A DNA stretch of 64,000 nt from Candidatus Anderseniibacteriota bacterium (GTDB taxonomy: Bacteria > Patescibacteriota > JAUYIX01). The position numbers and the translations under genes were made by a program. Positions 10,018 to 21,601 of this stretch are shown one piece after another (within the stretch, counting starts at the first letter, position 1; every line of letters starts with the position of its first letter). Location: contig JAXLZN010000002.1 in the NCBI GenBank assembly GCA_046350905.1, positions 65,293-129,292 on the forward strand. The letters run 5' to 3'. The notes under the pieces are model-generated. The model was not told where the DNA came from, did no database searches, and saw only the letters and a list, made by a program, of their open reading frames with translations.

Positions 10018-10545
10018 CTACTGCTTCGGCTCTTCTTTTTTCTCCGGAGCGGGAGTAGCCGCTGGTTTTTCTGCAGGTGCAGCTGGTTTTTCTGCCGGCA
10101 CGGCTGGAGCTTCGGCAGGTTTTACCTCGGCCGGCTTCTCAGCTGGCGCTGCCTCGGCTGGCTTGCCCTGCGCTTTCTGCTTGGCTTCGGCGCGTTCTTT
10201 CTTGAGCTTGACGACCTGCTCTTTCCAGGTGCGGCGTTCGCTCAAACGCTTGCGGGCGTGCTCGCGGCGGGCGCGCTCACGCTTGAGGTCGGGGGCCTGC
10301 TCGACCTTGAGGAGGTCCTGCTTGATCAGGAGCTCAGCTGCCGGCACGCTCGGCTGAGCGCCCACGGAGAGCCAGTAGTCCAGGCGGGCCTTGTCGGCCA
10401 CGATCTTAGAGGGCTCCGACTTGGGGTCGTAGCTACCCAGGATTTCGACCACGCGCGAGCGGGGCGAACGGGTCTTTTCTTGCACCACCAGGCGGTAGGC
10501 GGGCAGGTTGGTGCGGCCGACGCGGGCCAGACGAATGGTTAGCAT
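10018..10545 (-). CDS. rpsP: 30S ribosomal protein S16 with ~95-aa Lys/Ala/Pro/Glu-rich C-terminal extension
   Basis: MLTIRLARVGRTNLPAYRLVV..YDP..YWLSVGAQPS, followed by PAEKPA-type repeats. Confidence 0.95.
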   Translation of the reverse strand: MLTIRLARVGRTNLPAYRLVVQEKTRSPRSRVVEILGSYDPKSEPSKIVADKARLDYWLSVGAQPSVPAAELLIKQDLLKVEQAPDLKRERARREHARKRLSERRTWKEQVVKLKKERAEAKQKAQGKPAEAAPAEKPAEVKPAEAPAVPAEKPAAPAEKPAATPAPEKKEEPKQ

Positions 10546-10557
10546 GCGGAGGAGAGG

Positions 10558-13236
10558 CTACGACCGGAGCGCGCTGCTGTCAACGCTCGGGTGGTCGAGC
10601 TTGACCGAGAGCAGCTTGGAGACGCCGTCTTTCTGCATCGTGACGCCGTAGAGGATCGAGGCCTGGCGCATGGTCTCGCGGTTGTGCGTGATGGTGATGA
10701 ACTGCGTCTTGCCCGAGAGCGACTTAACAATCTTGGCAAAGCGGCGGCTGTTGGCCTCGTCGAGCGCGGCGTCGACCTCGTCGAGGATCACAAAGGGGGA
10801 GGGTTTGGTAGCGAGGATGGCCGAGAGGAGCGCGATGGAGGTGAGCGCCTTTTCGCCACCTGAGAGCATGCTGGTGCTCTGGAGCTTTTTGCCGGGCGGC
10901 GTGGCGCGAACCTCTACGCCGATGATGCCGTCACCCGCGCGCAGCCGTTCCACCTCGCGGGTGACGGCATCTTCTTCTGGTTCCGCGGCAACCTCGTCGT
11001 CTGCAGCCAGCTCGTCAGTCGCCGCGGCTTTTTTCTTTTGCGCGCGCACCGGGGTGAGCTTGGCTGACCCACCGTTGAAGAGCACCTTGAAGGCCCGATC
11101 GAACTCCACGTTGATCTGCTCGAGCTGCTTGGTGAAGAGCTGGTGGATCTTGCCGTCGAGTTCGCCGATCAGGTCGCGCAGGCTCGCCGAGGCCGCGTCG
11201 AGGTCAGCCGACTGCTTGGTTAAAAACGTAAAGCGCTCGTTAGTCTGCGTAAACTCGGCCAGCACAGTCTCGTCGACGCCGCCCGCCTGCTCGTACCTGT
11301 GGCGCAGCTCGTCGATGCGGCGCTTGAGGGTCGCGCGCTTGCTCTCGCTGAGCTGCTCAGCACCTCCGCGTCGGACCGCTTTGGCGTGCGTCACCCTCGG
11401 CGCTCGGTTGCCTCGCAGCAGGTCCTCGCAGCGAACCTGGTGCTGCCCCTCGGCGACCTGGAGCTTGCCCACCTGCTCGGCCAAGCCCAGCGAGCGCGGC
11501 ACGCAGCTCGCCGAGCACGCTCGTTGGCGGCACCGCTCGTGCGCTGCTGCTGGCGCTGCTTGTCGAGCATCAGCCACCTCGCGCTCGAGGGCGCGCACCT
11601 GCTCGTCCTGCGTGGCGATGCGCCGCTCGAGATCTTTGAGCTCCTGCTGGAAGAGGGCCTGCTGCTCAGCCTTGCGCCCCGGCAGCACCACCTTTCTTGG
11701 CGGCGGCCACCTGCTGCTTGAGGGTGGTGGTAGAGGCGGGTCAGGTCGGCCACCTGCTCGGCCAGCAGCTTGTGCTCGGTTTCGCGAGCGGCGAGCTGCG
11801 ACTGCGGTCGCCAGCTCAGCCAGGGCATATCGCGTGCCTCGAGCACCCGGTCGAGCTCAGCGTTGAGCTTGGTGGCGTCGGCCTGGTTGGCGGAGTTCGG
11901 CCCGCTTGACCCCGCTGGCGGCGAGCACCTCGAAGGTGGCCGCGCGTACGCCGCGCGCTCTGCCGCACCGCTGCCAGCTGGGCCGGGGTGGTAGCGCTGG
12001 CCGATGGCGGCAACCGAGGTCGTCCAGCAGGCGTTCCAGCTCGCGTACGAGCGAACCCACCTCGCGCTGGTCAACTTGGCCGGCTTGGCGGGGGCTAGCA
12101 GGCCGCGCAGCAGCGTGGTCGTGCCGGTCGTGGCGCGCTGCTGCTCGGCGCGTGCCACCCTGCTCGCGCAACTGCTCAACCTGGGGCACCAGCTCTTTGG
12201 CGCGCCGCGTCAGGCGGTCGAGCTGCGCCTGCTGGATCGCGATGCGCTCCGGCAGATCGGCTACGCTCGCGGGAAGCTCTTTTTCTTCGAGTGACGCGGC
12301 GCGCCGCCGCGTCTCGTTGCGGCGGTCTTCGAGCGTGCTGAGCTCTGCGCGCGCTCTCCCGAGCCGCTCGGCTACCCGCGCCTGCTCCTCGTCGAGCCGC
12401 TGCTGCTCGGCGCTCGAGTGGGCACGCTCGAGCGTGGTGATCTGGCGCTCGAGCGCGGTTCGCTGCTTGGTGACGGTGCTGAGCTGCTCGACGTCGGTCG
12501 CGGCGGCGGCATCGAGCGCGGCCAGCTCGGCTCCAAACCGAAAGCGCAAGCTCTCGGAGCGCAGCTCCTGCTCGATGGCCCCGCGCAGCTCGGCGCGTTC
12601 AGCTTTGTAGCTTGTACAGGCTGGCGAGGCGCGGCTTGATCGTCTCGCTGCCGCAGGTCCTCGACGCGCACCAGGTTGCGACAGGTCGTCTCGAGCTTGC
12701 GCAGGCTCTGCTCCTTGCGCACCTGGTACTGCTTAACCCCCGCAGCTTCTTCAAAAAACTCTTTGCGCTCGGCCGGGCTGGCGCGCAGCGTGTTGTCGAC
12801 CTGCCCCTGGCCCACCACCGCGTAGCTGCGCTGGGCAAAGCCCGCCTTGAGCAGCAGCTCCTGCAGGTCGCGCAGCAGGGCGTGCGCCACGTTGATCTCG
12901 TACTCGCTGTCGCCGTTGCGGAAGAGCCGGCGCGTGATCGCCACCTCGGCTGCGTCCACGCTCAGACCGCCGTCGGCGTTATCAAAGGTGAGCGTCACCT
13001 CGGCCATGGAGTGTCGCGCCCGTGCGTGCGAACCCGCAAAGATCACGTCCTCGCTCTTTTTGCCGCGCAGGGTCTTGAGGCTCATCTCGCCCAGCACCCA
13101 GCGCACCGCGTCTGCCACGTTGCTCTTGCCGGAGCCGTTCGGCCCCCACGATCGCGGTCAGCCCCGGCGTAAACTGCAGGTGCGTCGGGAGCGCAAAGCT
13201 CTTGAAGCCGTTAATGTCGAGCGCCGTGAGGTGCAC
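10558..13236 (-). CDS. smc: chromosome partition protein SMC (multiple apparent frameshifts)
   Basis: N-terminal INGFKSF..GPNGSGKSNVADAVRWVLGE (Walker A). C-terminal LSGGEKALTSIALL and FVILDEVDAALD lie in ORF 10558..11691, with a coiled-coil middle. Pieces lie in ORFs 12982..13236, 12372..13118, 11857..12549, 11391..12179 and 10558..11691. One shift is at the C5 run 13143-13147, where the motif requires a run of 4. Confidence 0.85.
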
Positions 13237-13270
13237 CCGGACAGTCTAGCGGCTCACGGCGCCGGGTGCA

Positions 13271-13785
13271 TCAAAACCAGGCCCGCAGCAGGATCACGAG
13301 CATCAGCAGGCCAAAGACGACCTGCATGACCACCCCGCCGAGCACCCCCAGGGCGCTCCCCAGCCCCGACCGGAGCGAACGCCGCAGCGTCTTGCCGCCG
13401 ATGAGCTCAAAGGCAAACGCACCGAGGAACGGGTAGACCACAAAGCCAAAGATGCCGAAGGCACCGGCACCACGATAGCCAGGATCAGGCCACCGATGAT
13501 GGCGCCGCGACACCCACCAGGATGACCCGATCACCTTGCCTCGAACCACCCCGCCAGCTGGCCGAGGAGCTGCGAGCGCAGCGACGAGGCCGAGGCGATG
13601 AGCGTGCGCGCGTCGATGGGGTGGAACCCCGCGCGGAGGCTTGCGCCTTTGCCATTGAGCAGCAAGCTGCCTGCAAAGATAATGACCGTGCCGGGCAGCA
13701 CGGGGATGAGCGTTCCAACGAGGCCGACCACGATCAGTACGATCGCGACGGCTTCACCGAGCACCGTGAGCCCAGAGCAGCACCA
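13271..13785 (-). CDS. DUF456-like small membrane protein (apparent frameshifts)
   Basis: Hydrophobic segments IVVGLVGTLIPVLPGTVIIFAG (ORF 13531..13944 frame) and FGFVVYPFLGAFAFELIGG..LLMLVILLRAWF (ORF 13271..13549). Confidence 0.5.
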
Positions 13786-13792
13786 TGCGCCG

Positions 13793-14498
13793 CTACTCCC
13801 AGCCGCGCGCCTTGAGCGCGTTGGTGGCAGCGTCGAGCTGCGCAGCTTGCTTGGAGGAGCCGCTGCTGAGCCGGCGAGTTCGTCCCGAGGTAGACGCCGA
13901 CGGTAGAAGCGCTTGTCGTGGTCGGGGCCGCTCGACTCGAGCACCTTGGCCGCACCGGCGTGACGTGCAGCTCGTCCTGCGCCTGCTCCTGCAGCTTGGA
14001 CTTGGAGTCGAGGTAGAGCTTCTGCTGGATGATGGTGGGGAGCTCCGGCAGCAGCTCGCGGCTGATGAAGTCGCGCGCTGGCTCAAAGCCCTGGTCGAGG
14101 TAGATCGAACCCACGACCGACTCAAAGGCGTTGCCCAGGATGTACTCGCGGGCGCGGCTTGGTGTCCCATGGTCTCGCCGCGCGAGAGGTACGAAAGCGT
14201 TCCAAGCCGAGACGCTTGCCGATCTCGGCCAGCTTGCGCGAGTTGACGATCGAGCTGCGCCAGTTGGTCAGGTCGCCCTCGGGGTTGGGGTAGTTGGCGT
14301 AGAGGTACTCGGTCACGACCAGCTCGAGCACGGCGTCGCCCAGGAACTCGAGGCGTTCGTTGTGGCCGAGTGCAAAGCCAGGGTTCTCGTTGGTGGGACC
14401 GGTGCGCAAGGCCTGCGCAGCAGGTCGAGGTTCTTGAAGGTCACCCCGATGTGCTGCTCGAGCTCGTGGAAGTCCGGAGTTGTGGGTGCGGGGGTCAT
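13793..14498 (-). CDS. rnc: ribonuclease III (multiple apparent frameshifts)
   Basis: [18 protein letters not shown] at the start (14498). [21 protein letters not shown] signature in ORF 14122..14409. [17 protein letters not shown] and the dsRBD end ..[19 protein letters not shown] lie in other frames. Confidence 0.8.
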
Positions 14499-14510
14499 GG
14501 ACCGGAGAGG

Positions 14511-15140
14511 CTACCCCGAGGTGCCCTCATCCGTCGACTCCGGGCGGGAGGCAACGGCGCGTCGACCGGCGGCGGGGGCGGCTTGGCGAGGCAGGGGGGA
14601 TCTCAAGGGCGGGCTGACCCTTGGCCTTGGCTTCGTCGATGGCCTTTTACGTTCGGCCATGCGTTCGGCGGTCATGGGGTCTTTCTTCGCCGCCGAGCTG
14701 ACAGCGATGCAAGAGCGTACCGAGCACGCCGTTGACGAAGCGGCCGGACGACTCGCCGCCGAACGTTTTGGCCAGCTCGATCGCCTCGTTGATCGCGACC
14801 TTGGGCGGAATGCCGGGGTCGTACTGCATCTCAAAGATGCCGAGCCGCAAGAAGTGTTCCGGTCGACCGTGGTGATCTGCTCGAGCGGCCACTCGGGTGC
14901 AGTTCGTACAATCTTGGCGTCGATATCCTTGGTGGGCCAGCACGCCGTCGACCAGCTCACGCGCAAAGCCATCATCCTTGAGGCCGGGGGCGAACTCCGC
15001 AAGGTTGTGGGCCACGATCTTGACGAGGGTCGCCCGCGGGCTTTTTGTTGAAGTCCCACTCGTACAGCGACTGGAGCGCAATGGTGCGGGCAAGGTGTCG
15101 GTTGGCCGGTGGGCGGTAGTAAGACGAACGAACAGGTGGC
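14511..15140 (-). CDS. nusB: transcription antitermination factor NusB (apparent frameshifts; start not resolved)
   Basis: [63 protein letters not shown] are spread over frames of ORFs 14647..15282 and 14511..15680. One shift is at the A-run AACAAAAAGCCC. Confidence 0.65.
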   Translation of the reverse strand, partial: ATCSFVLLPPTGQPTPCPHHCAPVAVRVGLQQKARGRPSSRSWPTTLRSSPPASRMMALRVSWSTACWPTKDIDAKIVRTAPEWPLEQITTVDRNTSCGSASLRCSTTPAFRPRSRSTRRSSWPKRSAASRPAASSTACSVRSCIAVSSAAKKDPMTAERMAERKRPSTKPRPRVSPPLRSPLPRQAAPAAGRRAVASRPESTDEGTSG

Positions 15141-15163
15141 CAGGATTGTGCCGCCGAGGAGGG

Positions 15164-15197
15164 CTAAACGCAAGGACCTCGCCGAGCGGCGAGGTCC
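15164..15197 (-). terminator. rho-independent terminator after the 15228..15933 gene
   Basis: Minus strand: GGACCTCGCC-GCTC-GGCGAGGTCC (10-bp stem) followed by TTGCGTTT. Confidence 0.6.
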
Positions 15198-15227
15198 GGT
15201 ACGAGAACGTGCGTCTGTAGGTGAAAT

Positions 15228-15933
15228 CAGGTGCCCTGGCCGCTGCCGCGGCCGCCGCCACTGTCGCAGCCCCCACCACCAAGTTCGCCGGCCTCGAGGA
15301 GGTACTGCTGCGTGCTGCCGTCGCTCGTACCCGACACGGCCGTGGCTGACGTGCTCAGCACCAGCGGGGCGTTCTTGGTGAGGCCTGTGCCGTAGAGGGT
15401 TAGCACGTCGCCGGGGCGCGCAGCAGCCGCTGCCCGAGGTCCCGTACAAAGGCCGCGACGTCAAGTTGATTGCTGCCATGGAGGCAGCGACCTTCTTGAG
15501 GTACGCATCACGCGTGGCGGCTGGTGCGCTGCTGACGGGAGCCGTGCGCGTTCGCCGCGACCGGGCTGAGTGCGGCCTGCTGTGGCGCGGGGAACGGGAC
15601 CACAATGTTGACCTGGTACAAGCCGATGAAGCGAGCGCCGACGCCACCTTGGCAACGCGCTGAAAGCTGTAGGTCGCCAACGTGACGCCCGCCTTGTTCT
15701 TGAGGTTGACGGTGATGGGCTTGCTGATGTCGCGGTCACTACACCGTGCTGCCCGCCAGCTGCGTCAGCCCGGTCGGAAACGTAGCTACGGCACTCGTGC
15801 TCGAGGTGCTCGTTGAGGTGGGTGTAGCGACCAGCGCCGTGCCTGCTCCGCCAAACCCGCCTGCAAATGCGTAGATGCCGAGCGCCAGGGCAATGATGCT
15901 CAGCACGAGGGCAAGGTAAGAGAGACCTTTCAT
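15228..15933 (-). CDS. hypothetical membrane-anchored/secreted protein (apparent frameshifts)
   Basis: [23 protein letters not shown] anchor (ORF 15739..15933). A Thr/Ser linker follows. Later pieces ([21 protein letters not shown].., ..[14 protein letters not shown]..) lie in other frames, down to the TGA at 15228. Confidence 0.4.
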
Positions 15934-15993
15934 GGGAAGCGTGGTTAGGGAGTAGTGCCCCAGATGCTAGGCCACCGCGGCCCGTCTGTCGAC

Positions 15994-16275
15994 CTACTCT
16001 TCTTCGTGCGTGTGGGTGGCCTCGGCGGCCGCAGCTTTGCTGCGCGCGAGAGCAGCCTTTTCCGCGGCGCGGCGTTCGCTCCGGGTCACGCGGTGTTTGG
16101 TCTTGAGCACGGTCGCGCCCTTGTACGTCCCGCAGACCTTGCAGACCTGGTGGGGCTGCTTGGGCGTCTTGCACTTGGGGCAGGCCTGCAGCTTGGAGGC
16201 CTTGAGGCGCGCCATCCAGGCCGAACGACGGTGTCGGCCGAGTGAACGTGGGTGTCGTTTGCCAGGGAGAGCCAT
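15994..16275 (-). CDS. rpmF: 50S ribosomal protein L32 with basic/Ala-rich C-terminal extension
   Basis: MALPGKRHPRS...CPKCKTPKQPHQVCKVCGTYKG zinc-ribbon pattern. Confidence 0.9.
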   Translation of the reverse strand: MALPGKRHPRSLGRHRRSAWMARLKASKLQACPKCKTPKQPHQVCKVCGTYKGATVLKTKHRVTRSERRAAEKAALARSKAAAAEATHTHEEE

Positions 16276-16308
16276 GCAGGTCGCGGGGTTAGGTGAGCGG
16301 AGAGCCTA

Positions 16309-18783
16309 CTAGACGACCGCGATGGACGCAACCGAATCACCCTCGCGCAGGCTCATGATGCGTACACCCTGGGTGGCGCGGCCGAGCTGCGAGACCGAGG
16401 CCAGCGGCGAACGAATCACGATGCCCTTGGTGGAGATGGCGACCACGTCGTGCTTGAGCAGCTCTGGCGAGAGCAGCCGCGTGGCCACGACCGGCCCGGT
16501 CTTCTTGGTTACGGCAGCGGTGAGGATGCCCGAACCGCCACGGCTCTGGACCTTGTACTCGGAGATCAACGTGCGCTTGCCGTAGCCGTTGCGCATGACG
16601 ACCAGCAGGTTGGTGCTGGCTTCTTTGGCCGCGGCCGGGGTGATCGTGTCCATGCCCACGACCTGGTCGGTGCCCTTGAGCCGGATGGCGCGAACGCCAG
16701 CCGCCGCGCGGCCCATGGGCCGCGCGTCTTTCTCAGAGAAGCGAATCGACTGCCCCTGCGCCGTGACGACCAAGATGTCGTCGCTGCCGGAGGTTCGCCG
16801 TACCCAGCCGAGCTCGTCGCCCGAGTTGATCTTGATCGCGATCAGACCATTGCGGCGCACGTTGGCAAAGTCGCCGAGCGGCGTCTTCTTGATCACGCCC
16901 TTGCGCGTGACCATGGTCAAGAAGTCCGAGGTCTGCGCGTTGCGCAGGTCGATGACTGCGGTGGTCGTCTCGCCGGGCCCGAGCTGCAAAAAGTTGGCGA
17001 TGTTCTGACCCTTGGCGATGCGGCTGGTCTCAGGAATTTCGTAGGCACGCGTCTGGAAGACCCGTCCGGTCGAGGTAAAGAAGAGCAGGCGCGAGAGGGT
17101 CGTGGTCTTAAAGAAGTGCTTGACCACGTCCTCCTCTTTGAGCTCGGCGCCCTTGATGCCGACCCCGCCGCGCTTCTGCGTGCGGTAGACCTCAGGCTTG
17201 AGCCGCTTGATGTAGCCGCTGCGGGTGACGGTCACGATCGTATCGACGTCGGGGATGAGGTCCTCTTCTTCAAAACCCTCGACCGAGGACTTTACGATCT
17301 TGGTGCGACGTTCGTCCCCAAAGGTAGCTTTGAGCGTGGTGAGCTCCGACTTAATCAGGGCGTTCTGCTTGGCGCGCGACTTGAGCAGCGCCTCGAGCTC
17401 GGCAATGAGCCGGCGCTTTTCCTTGAGCTCGTCTTCGATCTTTTTGCGCTCGAGGCCGGCCAACGTCGAGAGCTTCATCTCGAGGATCGCGTCGGCCTGC
17501 AGCTCGGAGAACTTGAACTTCTTGATCAGGTTACCCTTGGCCAGCTCGCGCGTCTCGGAGGCCTTGATGGTCTTGATGATGGCGTCGATGTGGTCGAGAG
17601 CCTTGGAGAGCCCCTCGAGGATGTGGGCGCGGTCCTTGGCTTTCTGCAGCTCAAACTTGGTGCGGCGCACCACCACCTCGAGGCGGAACTTGAGGAACTC
17701 CTCAAAGACGTTCTTGAGGTTGAGCACGCGCGGTTGCAAGCCGTCGACGAGAGCCAGCACGTTGTAGTTGAAGCTGGTCTGGAGCGCCGAGAGGGTAAAG
17801 AGCTGGTTCAAGACCTTCTTGGGGTAGCTGTCCTTCTTGAGGTCGATCGCCACCCGCACCCCCTCCTTGTCGGACTCGTCGCGCACGTCGCGGATGCCCT
17901 CGATCTTTTTCTCGCGCACCAGGTCGGCGATGTGCTCAACCAAGGTCGACTTGTTGATCAGGTACGGGATCTCGGTGATGACGATTTGGAACTGCCCCTC
18001 TTTTTCTTCCACGATCTCGGTCTTGGCGCGAACTACCACGCCGCCCTTGCCGGTGGCGTAGGCCTGCGTGATGTCTTTTTGGCCGTAGACAATTCCGCCA
18101 GTCGGAAAGTCCGGACCTTTGACGAACTCGAGCAGGTCTTCGGTGGTCGACTCGGGGTGGTCGACCAGGTGCACCAGGCCGTCCACGACTTCGCCGAGGT
18201 TGTGGGGCGGGATCGAGGTAGCCATGCCGACAGCGATCCCAGTCGAGCCGTTGAGCAGCAGCTGCGGCACCACGCTCGGCAGCACGGTCGGCTCCTTGGT
18301 CGTGCTGTCGTAGTTAGGGATGAACTGCACCGTATCGCGGTCGATGTCGGCCAGCATGTGCTCAGCCATGCGCGACATCTTGGCCTCGGTGTAGCGCATC
18401 GCAGCGGGCGCATCGCCGTCTAGCGATCCAAAGTTGCCCTGCCCCGTGATGAGCATGTAGCGCACCGAAAAGTCCTGGGCCAGGCGGGTCATGGCGTCGT
18501 AGACCGCCACGTCGCCGTGCGGGTGGTAGCTCTTGAGGACTTCACCGACGACAGCAGCAGACTTGCGGAACTTGGCGTTGGCGCGCAGCCCCGTCTCCCA
18601 CATGGCGTACAGGATGCGGCGGTGCACCGGCTTGAGTCCGTCGCGGACGTCCGGCAGCGCGCGCGACACGATTACGCTCATGGCGTAGTCGAGGTACGAC
18701 TCCTGCATCTCCTGCGTCAGTCCGCGGGGGCGAACGTTGCCGATAGCGTTGGTCGTCGGTGGTGTGGTTTTTTTGTCTGCCAT
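16309..18783 (-). CDS. gyrA: DNA gyrase subunit A
   Basis: Intact 824-aa ORF with [12 protein letters not shown], the [10 protein letters not shown] active-site Tyr motif, and C-terminal beta-pinwheel repeats. Confidence 0.97.
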   Translation of the reverse strand: MADKKTTPPTTNAIGNVRPRGLTQEMQESYLDYAMSVIVSRALPDVRDGLKPVHRRILYAMWETGLRANAKFRKSAAVVGEVLKSYHPHGDVAVYDAMTRLAQDFSVRYMLITGQGNFGSLDGDAPAAMRYTEAKMSRMAEHMLADIDRDTVQFIPNYDSTTKEPTVLPSVVPQLLLNGSTGIAVGMATSIPPHNLGEVVDGLVHLVDHPESTTEDLLEFVKGPDFPTGGIVYGQKDITQAYATGKGGVVVRAKTEIVEEKEGQFQIVITEIPYLINKSTLVEHIADLVREKKIEGIRDVRDESDKEGVRVAIDLKKDSYPKKVLNQLFTLSALQTSFNYNVLALVDGLQPRVLNLKNVFEEFLKFRLEVVVRRTKFELQKAKDRAHILEGLSKALDHIDAIIKTIKASETRELAKGNLIKKFKFSELQADAILEMKLSTLAGLERKKIEDELKEKRRLIAELEALLKSRAKQNALIKSELTTLKATFGDERRTKIVKSSVEGFEEEDLIPDVDTIVTVTRSGYIKRLKPEVYRTQKRGGVGIKGAELKEEDVVKHFFKTTTLSRLLFFTSTGRVFQTRAYEIPETSRIAKGQNIANFLQLGPGETTTAVIDLRNAQTSDFLTMVTRKGVIKKTPLGDFANVRRNGLIAIKINSGDELGWVRRTSGSDDILVVTAQGQSIRFSEKDARPMGRAAAGVRAIRLKGTDQVVGMDTITPAAAKEASTNLLVVMRNGYGKRTLISEYKVQSRGGSGILTAAVTKKTGPVVATRLLSPELLKHDVVAISTKGIVIRSPLASVSQLGRATQGVRIMSLREGDSVASIAVV

Positions 18784-18953
18784 GGTGAGAAAACCGAGCC
18801 CTCAGACTACCCGTTTTGGAGCCTCTTGTCTAGCGCTCTGAAGGCTCCGCGCATGGTGCTAACGTGGCTTGGTTGAGCCACTGCTGATGACTGCCTGCGG
18901 GTCGACCGACAGGTGGGCGGACCAGCGCATTTGGTCACGCGTGAACCCGAGTT

Positions 18954-20699
18954 CTAGGTCAAAGGGGCGGTGGGTATCGATAGCCGGAAAATGTGCGACG
19001 AGCTGCGCCTGGCTGTGCGCGGAGACGCTCGTCGGGGCAAGCTTGGTGGCTGGTTGCTGGTGCAGCGTGCTGGTGCCTGGGTCGAGGTGACTGCGCCGTC
19101 GCTGTCGTTGATGACCGTGCAGTACGTGGTGGTCGCACCGGCGTAGAACTCCGCGCGGTCGAGCACCACGGTCACCTCGTGCGATGTAGCGGTAGCCGAG
19201 GTACAGAATACCGGTGGGCTGCTCGGCCGGCGCTCCGGACCCGGTGTGCTGCTGCAGGTTTTTGCCGCGCTGCGGCCGCTGCTGCGCGGCGCGTGCGGCG
19301 GTTCGCTCCTGGATCAGGCGCGCGGTGGCAGCTCCATCGCTCGGCTTGCTGGCAAAGGGCAGCGGGGGTGCTCCGTAGAGGAAGGCCGACCACGAGCCAG
19401 GCCACCAGGCTCTCCCCGCCGGCGACCAGCACAGCGCTCCCGGCCACCAGACGCGCGTTGGATCGGGCGCTGCATGCGCTGGGTGACCTGGACGACGATG
19501 CTGCCGACAGAAAAAGTTGCGTGCACGTCTGGCGGCAGGTTGAGCAACCCTTCGGTGAGCGGGACCGAGGAGTCGCCGAGCCCGCGGCTGCCGCGTCGAT
19601 GCGGAGGTGCAGGTCGGCGCGCGCGGTGCGTACCTGGTCGGCAGGGCCGGTCAAGGTCCGCGGTTACGCTGGATGGGTCGGCCGGTCGCCCCGAGTCCGC
19701 CGCTGAGGTTGACCACCTCGGGCGGGAGGGTGATGTCGGCGCTGGTTCGCCCGGGCTTAACCTCAATTTCCAGCATGACCTCAGACGGATCGGCGCGGGT
19801 TGTCGGGCGTGTCGATCTCGACCGTGCGTTCGATCGTCTCGGTGGCGTCCTTGAGGTCGACGGCCACGGTCTTGAGTGTGGTGAGCTTGGCGGCGAGGTC
19901 TTGCTGCTGCCCTGCGCTGTAACGGTCGAGGGCTCGACTGGTGATGGTACCGACAAAGAAGCCCGGCTGGGCTGCCGGTGGTCTGCACCTCGACGCCGAC
20001 CTCTTTGGCGTCTTCAGCACTGCCGCGACCTTGAGCTGCACCGCCACGCTGCCGGGGTCAAAACAGCCCGGTCAGGGTGTTGCGGTCGGCGTCGAGCGCC
20101 TCAGGGGTGAGGGTTTTTTCTACCGTGCCGGTTTCGCCGTTGAGCTGGAGCCGCACGACGACCTTGGCAACGTTGGCGAGCGTGCTGGCCGCTCCCGAGA
20201 CGTCGACCCGCTTGGGAGTCAGGGTCGTGGTATCGGCCACAAAGCCCTGCCCGAGGTCGCCCTGGGTTTCGAGTTCGACCGAGAACGTCTTGGTAGCGCG
20301 TTTTTCTAGCTTGACCTCGACCACAGCCGGCGTCATAGCGATGATCTGCACGTTGGGGTCGTCGGCCGTGACCTGCACCGCGAGCGTGTGCGTGCCGGCC
20401 AGCAGGCCCGCGGCATCTACCACGGCGTGGAGCTGGTCCGGCGTGATGCCGGTGAACGTCGGGGTCGGGGCGCGCACCTCTACCTGCACGCTCGGGAGCT
20501 GGCCGGCGATGGCGAGGTCGCTCGCCACGTCACGGGCCTGGAGCGGAACGGGCTGCGCGAGCACCTCCTGCGTAAAACCGCTGTTGACGACAAAGGCCCA
20601 CAGGCCGATCGCGGCGAGGAGCGCCACGAGCTTGGCGCCCCAGTGCGCAACAACTGCCCGTGCCAGCCGCTTAAGCACGTGCACCTCCAGAGGGCGCAT
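18954..20699 (-). CDS. cdaR: CdaR-like YbbR-domain protein (distal two thirds frameshifted; 3' end uncertain)
   Basis: ORF 20058..20699 has an N-terminal TM helix and YbbR-type repeats (..VEVRAP.., VDVSGAASTLANV..). Further YbbR-like pieces lie in ORFs 19781..20047, 19651..19956 and 18954..19175. The start overlaps the cdaA stop. Confidence 0.6.
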
Positions 20700-21591
20700 C
20701 CGCGCCGCGCGTGCGTGGATCGGTGTGCTGGTCCCTGATGCCGAGCGCCAGTTCGACGTCCCGGGACGGTCCGTTGTACGCGGTGGCTTGGAGGGTGGCG
20801 CTCAGGCGTTCGCTCGCAACGTTGCGAACCAGGTGTCCGTTGTACGCGACTGCGACCGTGCCGCGCTCCTCGCTCACCACGATGGCGAGGGCGTCGCTAG
20901 CTTCGCTGATGCCGAGCGCCGCCTTGTGGCGGGTGCCGAGCTGGTAGGCCTGCACCGACTCGGAGAGCGGCAGCGTCACGCTCGCGGCGGCCACGCGGTC
21001 ACCGCGGATGATCACGGCGCCGTCGTGCAGTGGGCTGTTCGGAAAAAAGATGTTGAGCAGCAGCGAGCTCGTGAGCTCGGCGTCGAGCCGCGTGCCCCGT
21101 TCGATGTCCTCGTCGAGGCCGGTACGGCGGGCCAGCACGATCAGGGCGCCCGTCTTGGACTGCGCCAGGGTGCGAACCGCGTCGGTCACCTCGTTGGCAA
21201 TTGCGGCCGCCCGCCGACGCGAGGTTGAGAGCTTGAGCCGCCACGGCTGGTTACGGCCGAGGCGCTCCAGCGCCCGGCGCAGCTCCGGCTGAAAGACCAC
21301 CGGGATGGCGAGCAGCAAGGCCGGGATCGTCACCCGCAGGAGCCAGTTGAGCGCCTCGAGGTTGAAGGTGCGGCCGACCACAAAGATCACGCCAACCACC
21401 ACCAGGCCAGCCACGATGCTCTGGGCCTTGGTCCCGCGGATGGCGCGCCAGCCCCAGTACAGAATGAACGCCACGACCACGATGTCCACAATCGCAAAGG
21501 GGTGGTCGTGCAGGTTGAGGCTCTGGATAAAGAGCTGGACCTGCTCGCGTGCGGCGTCGAGCTGGGTTGCCAGGGAGGCGGTAGCGGCCAT
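20671..21591 (-). CDS. cdaA: diadenylate cyclase CdaA (DisA_N domain, N-terminal TM helices)
   Basis: 306-aa ORF with PLHDGAVII and GTRHKAALGISE motifs and three N-terminal hydrophobic helices. Confidence 0.9.
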   Translation of the reverse strand: MAATASLATQLDAAREQVQLFIQSLNLHDHPFAIVDIVVVAFILYWGWRAIRGTKAQSIVAGLVVVGVIFVVGRTFNLEALNWLLRVTIPALLLAIPVVFQPELRRALERLGRNQPWRLKLSTSRRRAAAIANEVTDAVRTLAQSKTGALIVLARRTGLDEDIERGTRLDAELTSSLLLNIFFPNSPLHDGAVIIRGDRVAAASVTLPLSESVQAYQLGTRHKAALGISEASDALAIVVSEERGTVAVAYNGHLVRNVASERLSATLQATAYNGPSRDVELALGIRDQHTDPRTRGADAPSGGARA

Positions 21592-21601
21592 CGGCTACAT
21601 A

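Noticed and set aside
10030-10200. Imperfect 18-21-nt tandem repeats (GCTGGTTTTTCTGC...) that at first looked like a possible CRISPR or VNTR array.
   Set aside because: There is no repeat-spacer organisation. The repeats are in frame and encode the PAEKPA low-complexity tail of ribosomal protein S16.
10558-13236. Calling smc, rnc, trmD, nusB and the other broken genes genuine pseudogenes, or evidence of an alternative genetic code.
   Set aside because: The genes are essential. All the breaks I examined are frame changes rather than in-frame stops. At the sites I traced (homopolymer runs and a short GC repeat) a 1-nt change restores family motifs. Assembly error is the more economical reading, although it is unverified without reads.
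16450-18423. 657-aa ORF on the plus strand opposite gyrA. Similar long antisense ORFs occur opposite hppA (46406-47779), the radical SAM gene (58843-60192), the PAS-GAF gene (37032-38153), smc (10670-11866), cdaA/cdaR (20077-21228) and the 534-aa membrane protein (43253-44710).
   Set aside because: These are typical stop-poor shadow frames of GC-rich coding sequence. Their translations are Arg/Gly/Ala/Leu/Asp-rich low-complexity strings with no motifs, while the opposite strand carries unmistakable conserved proteins.
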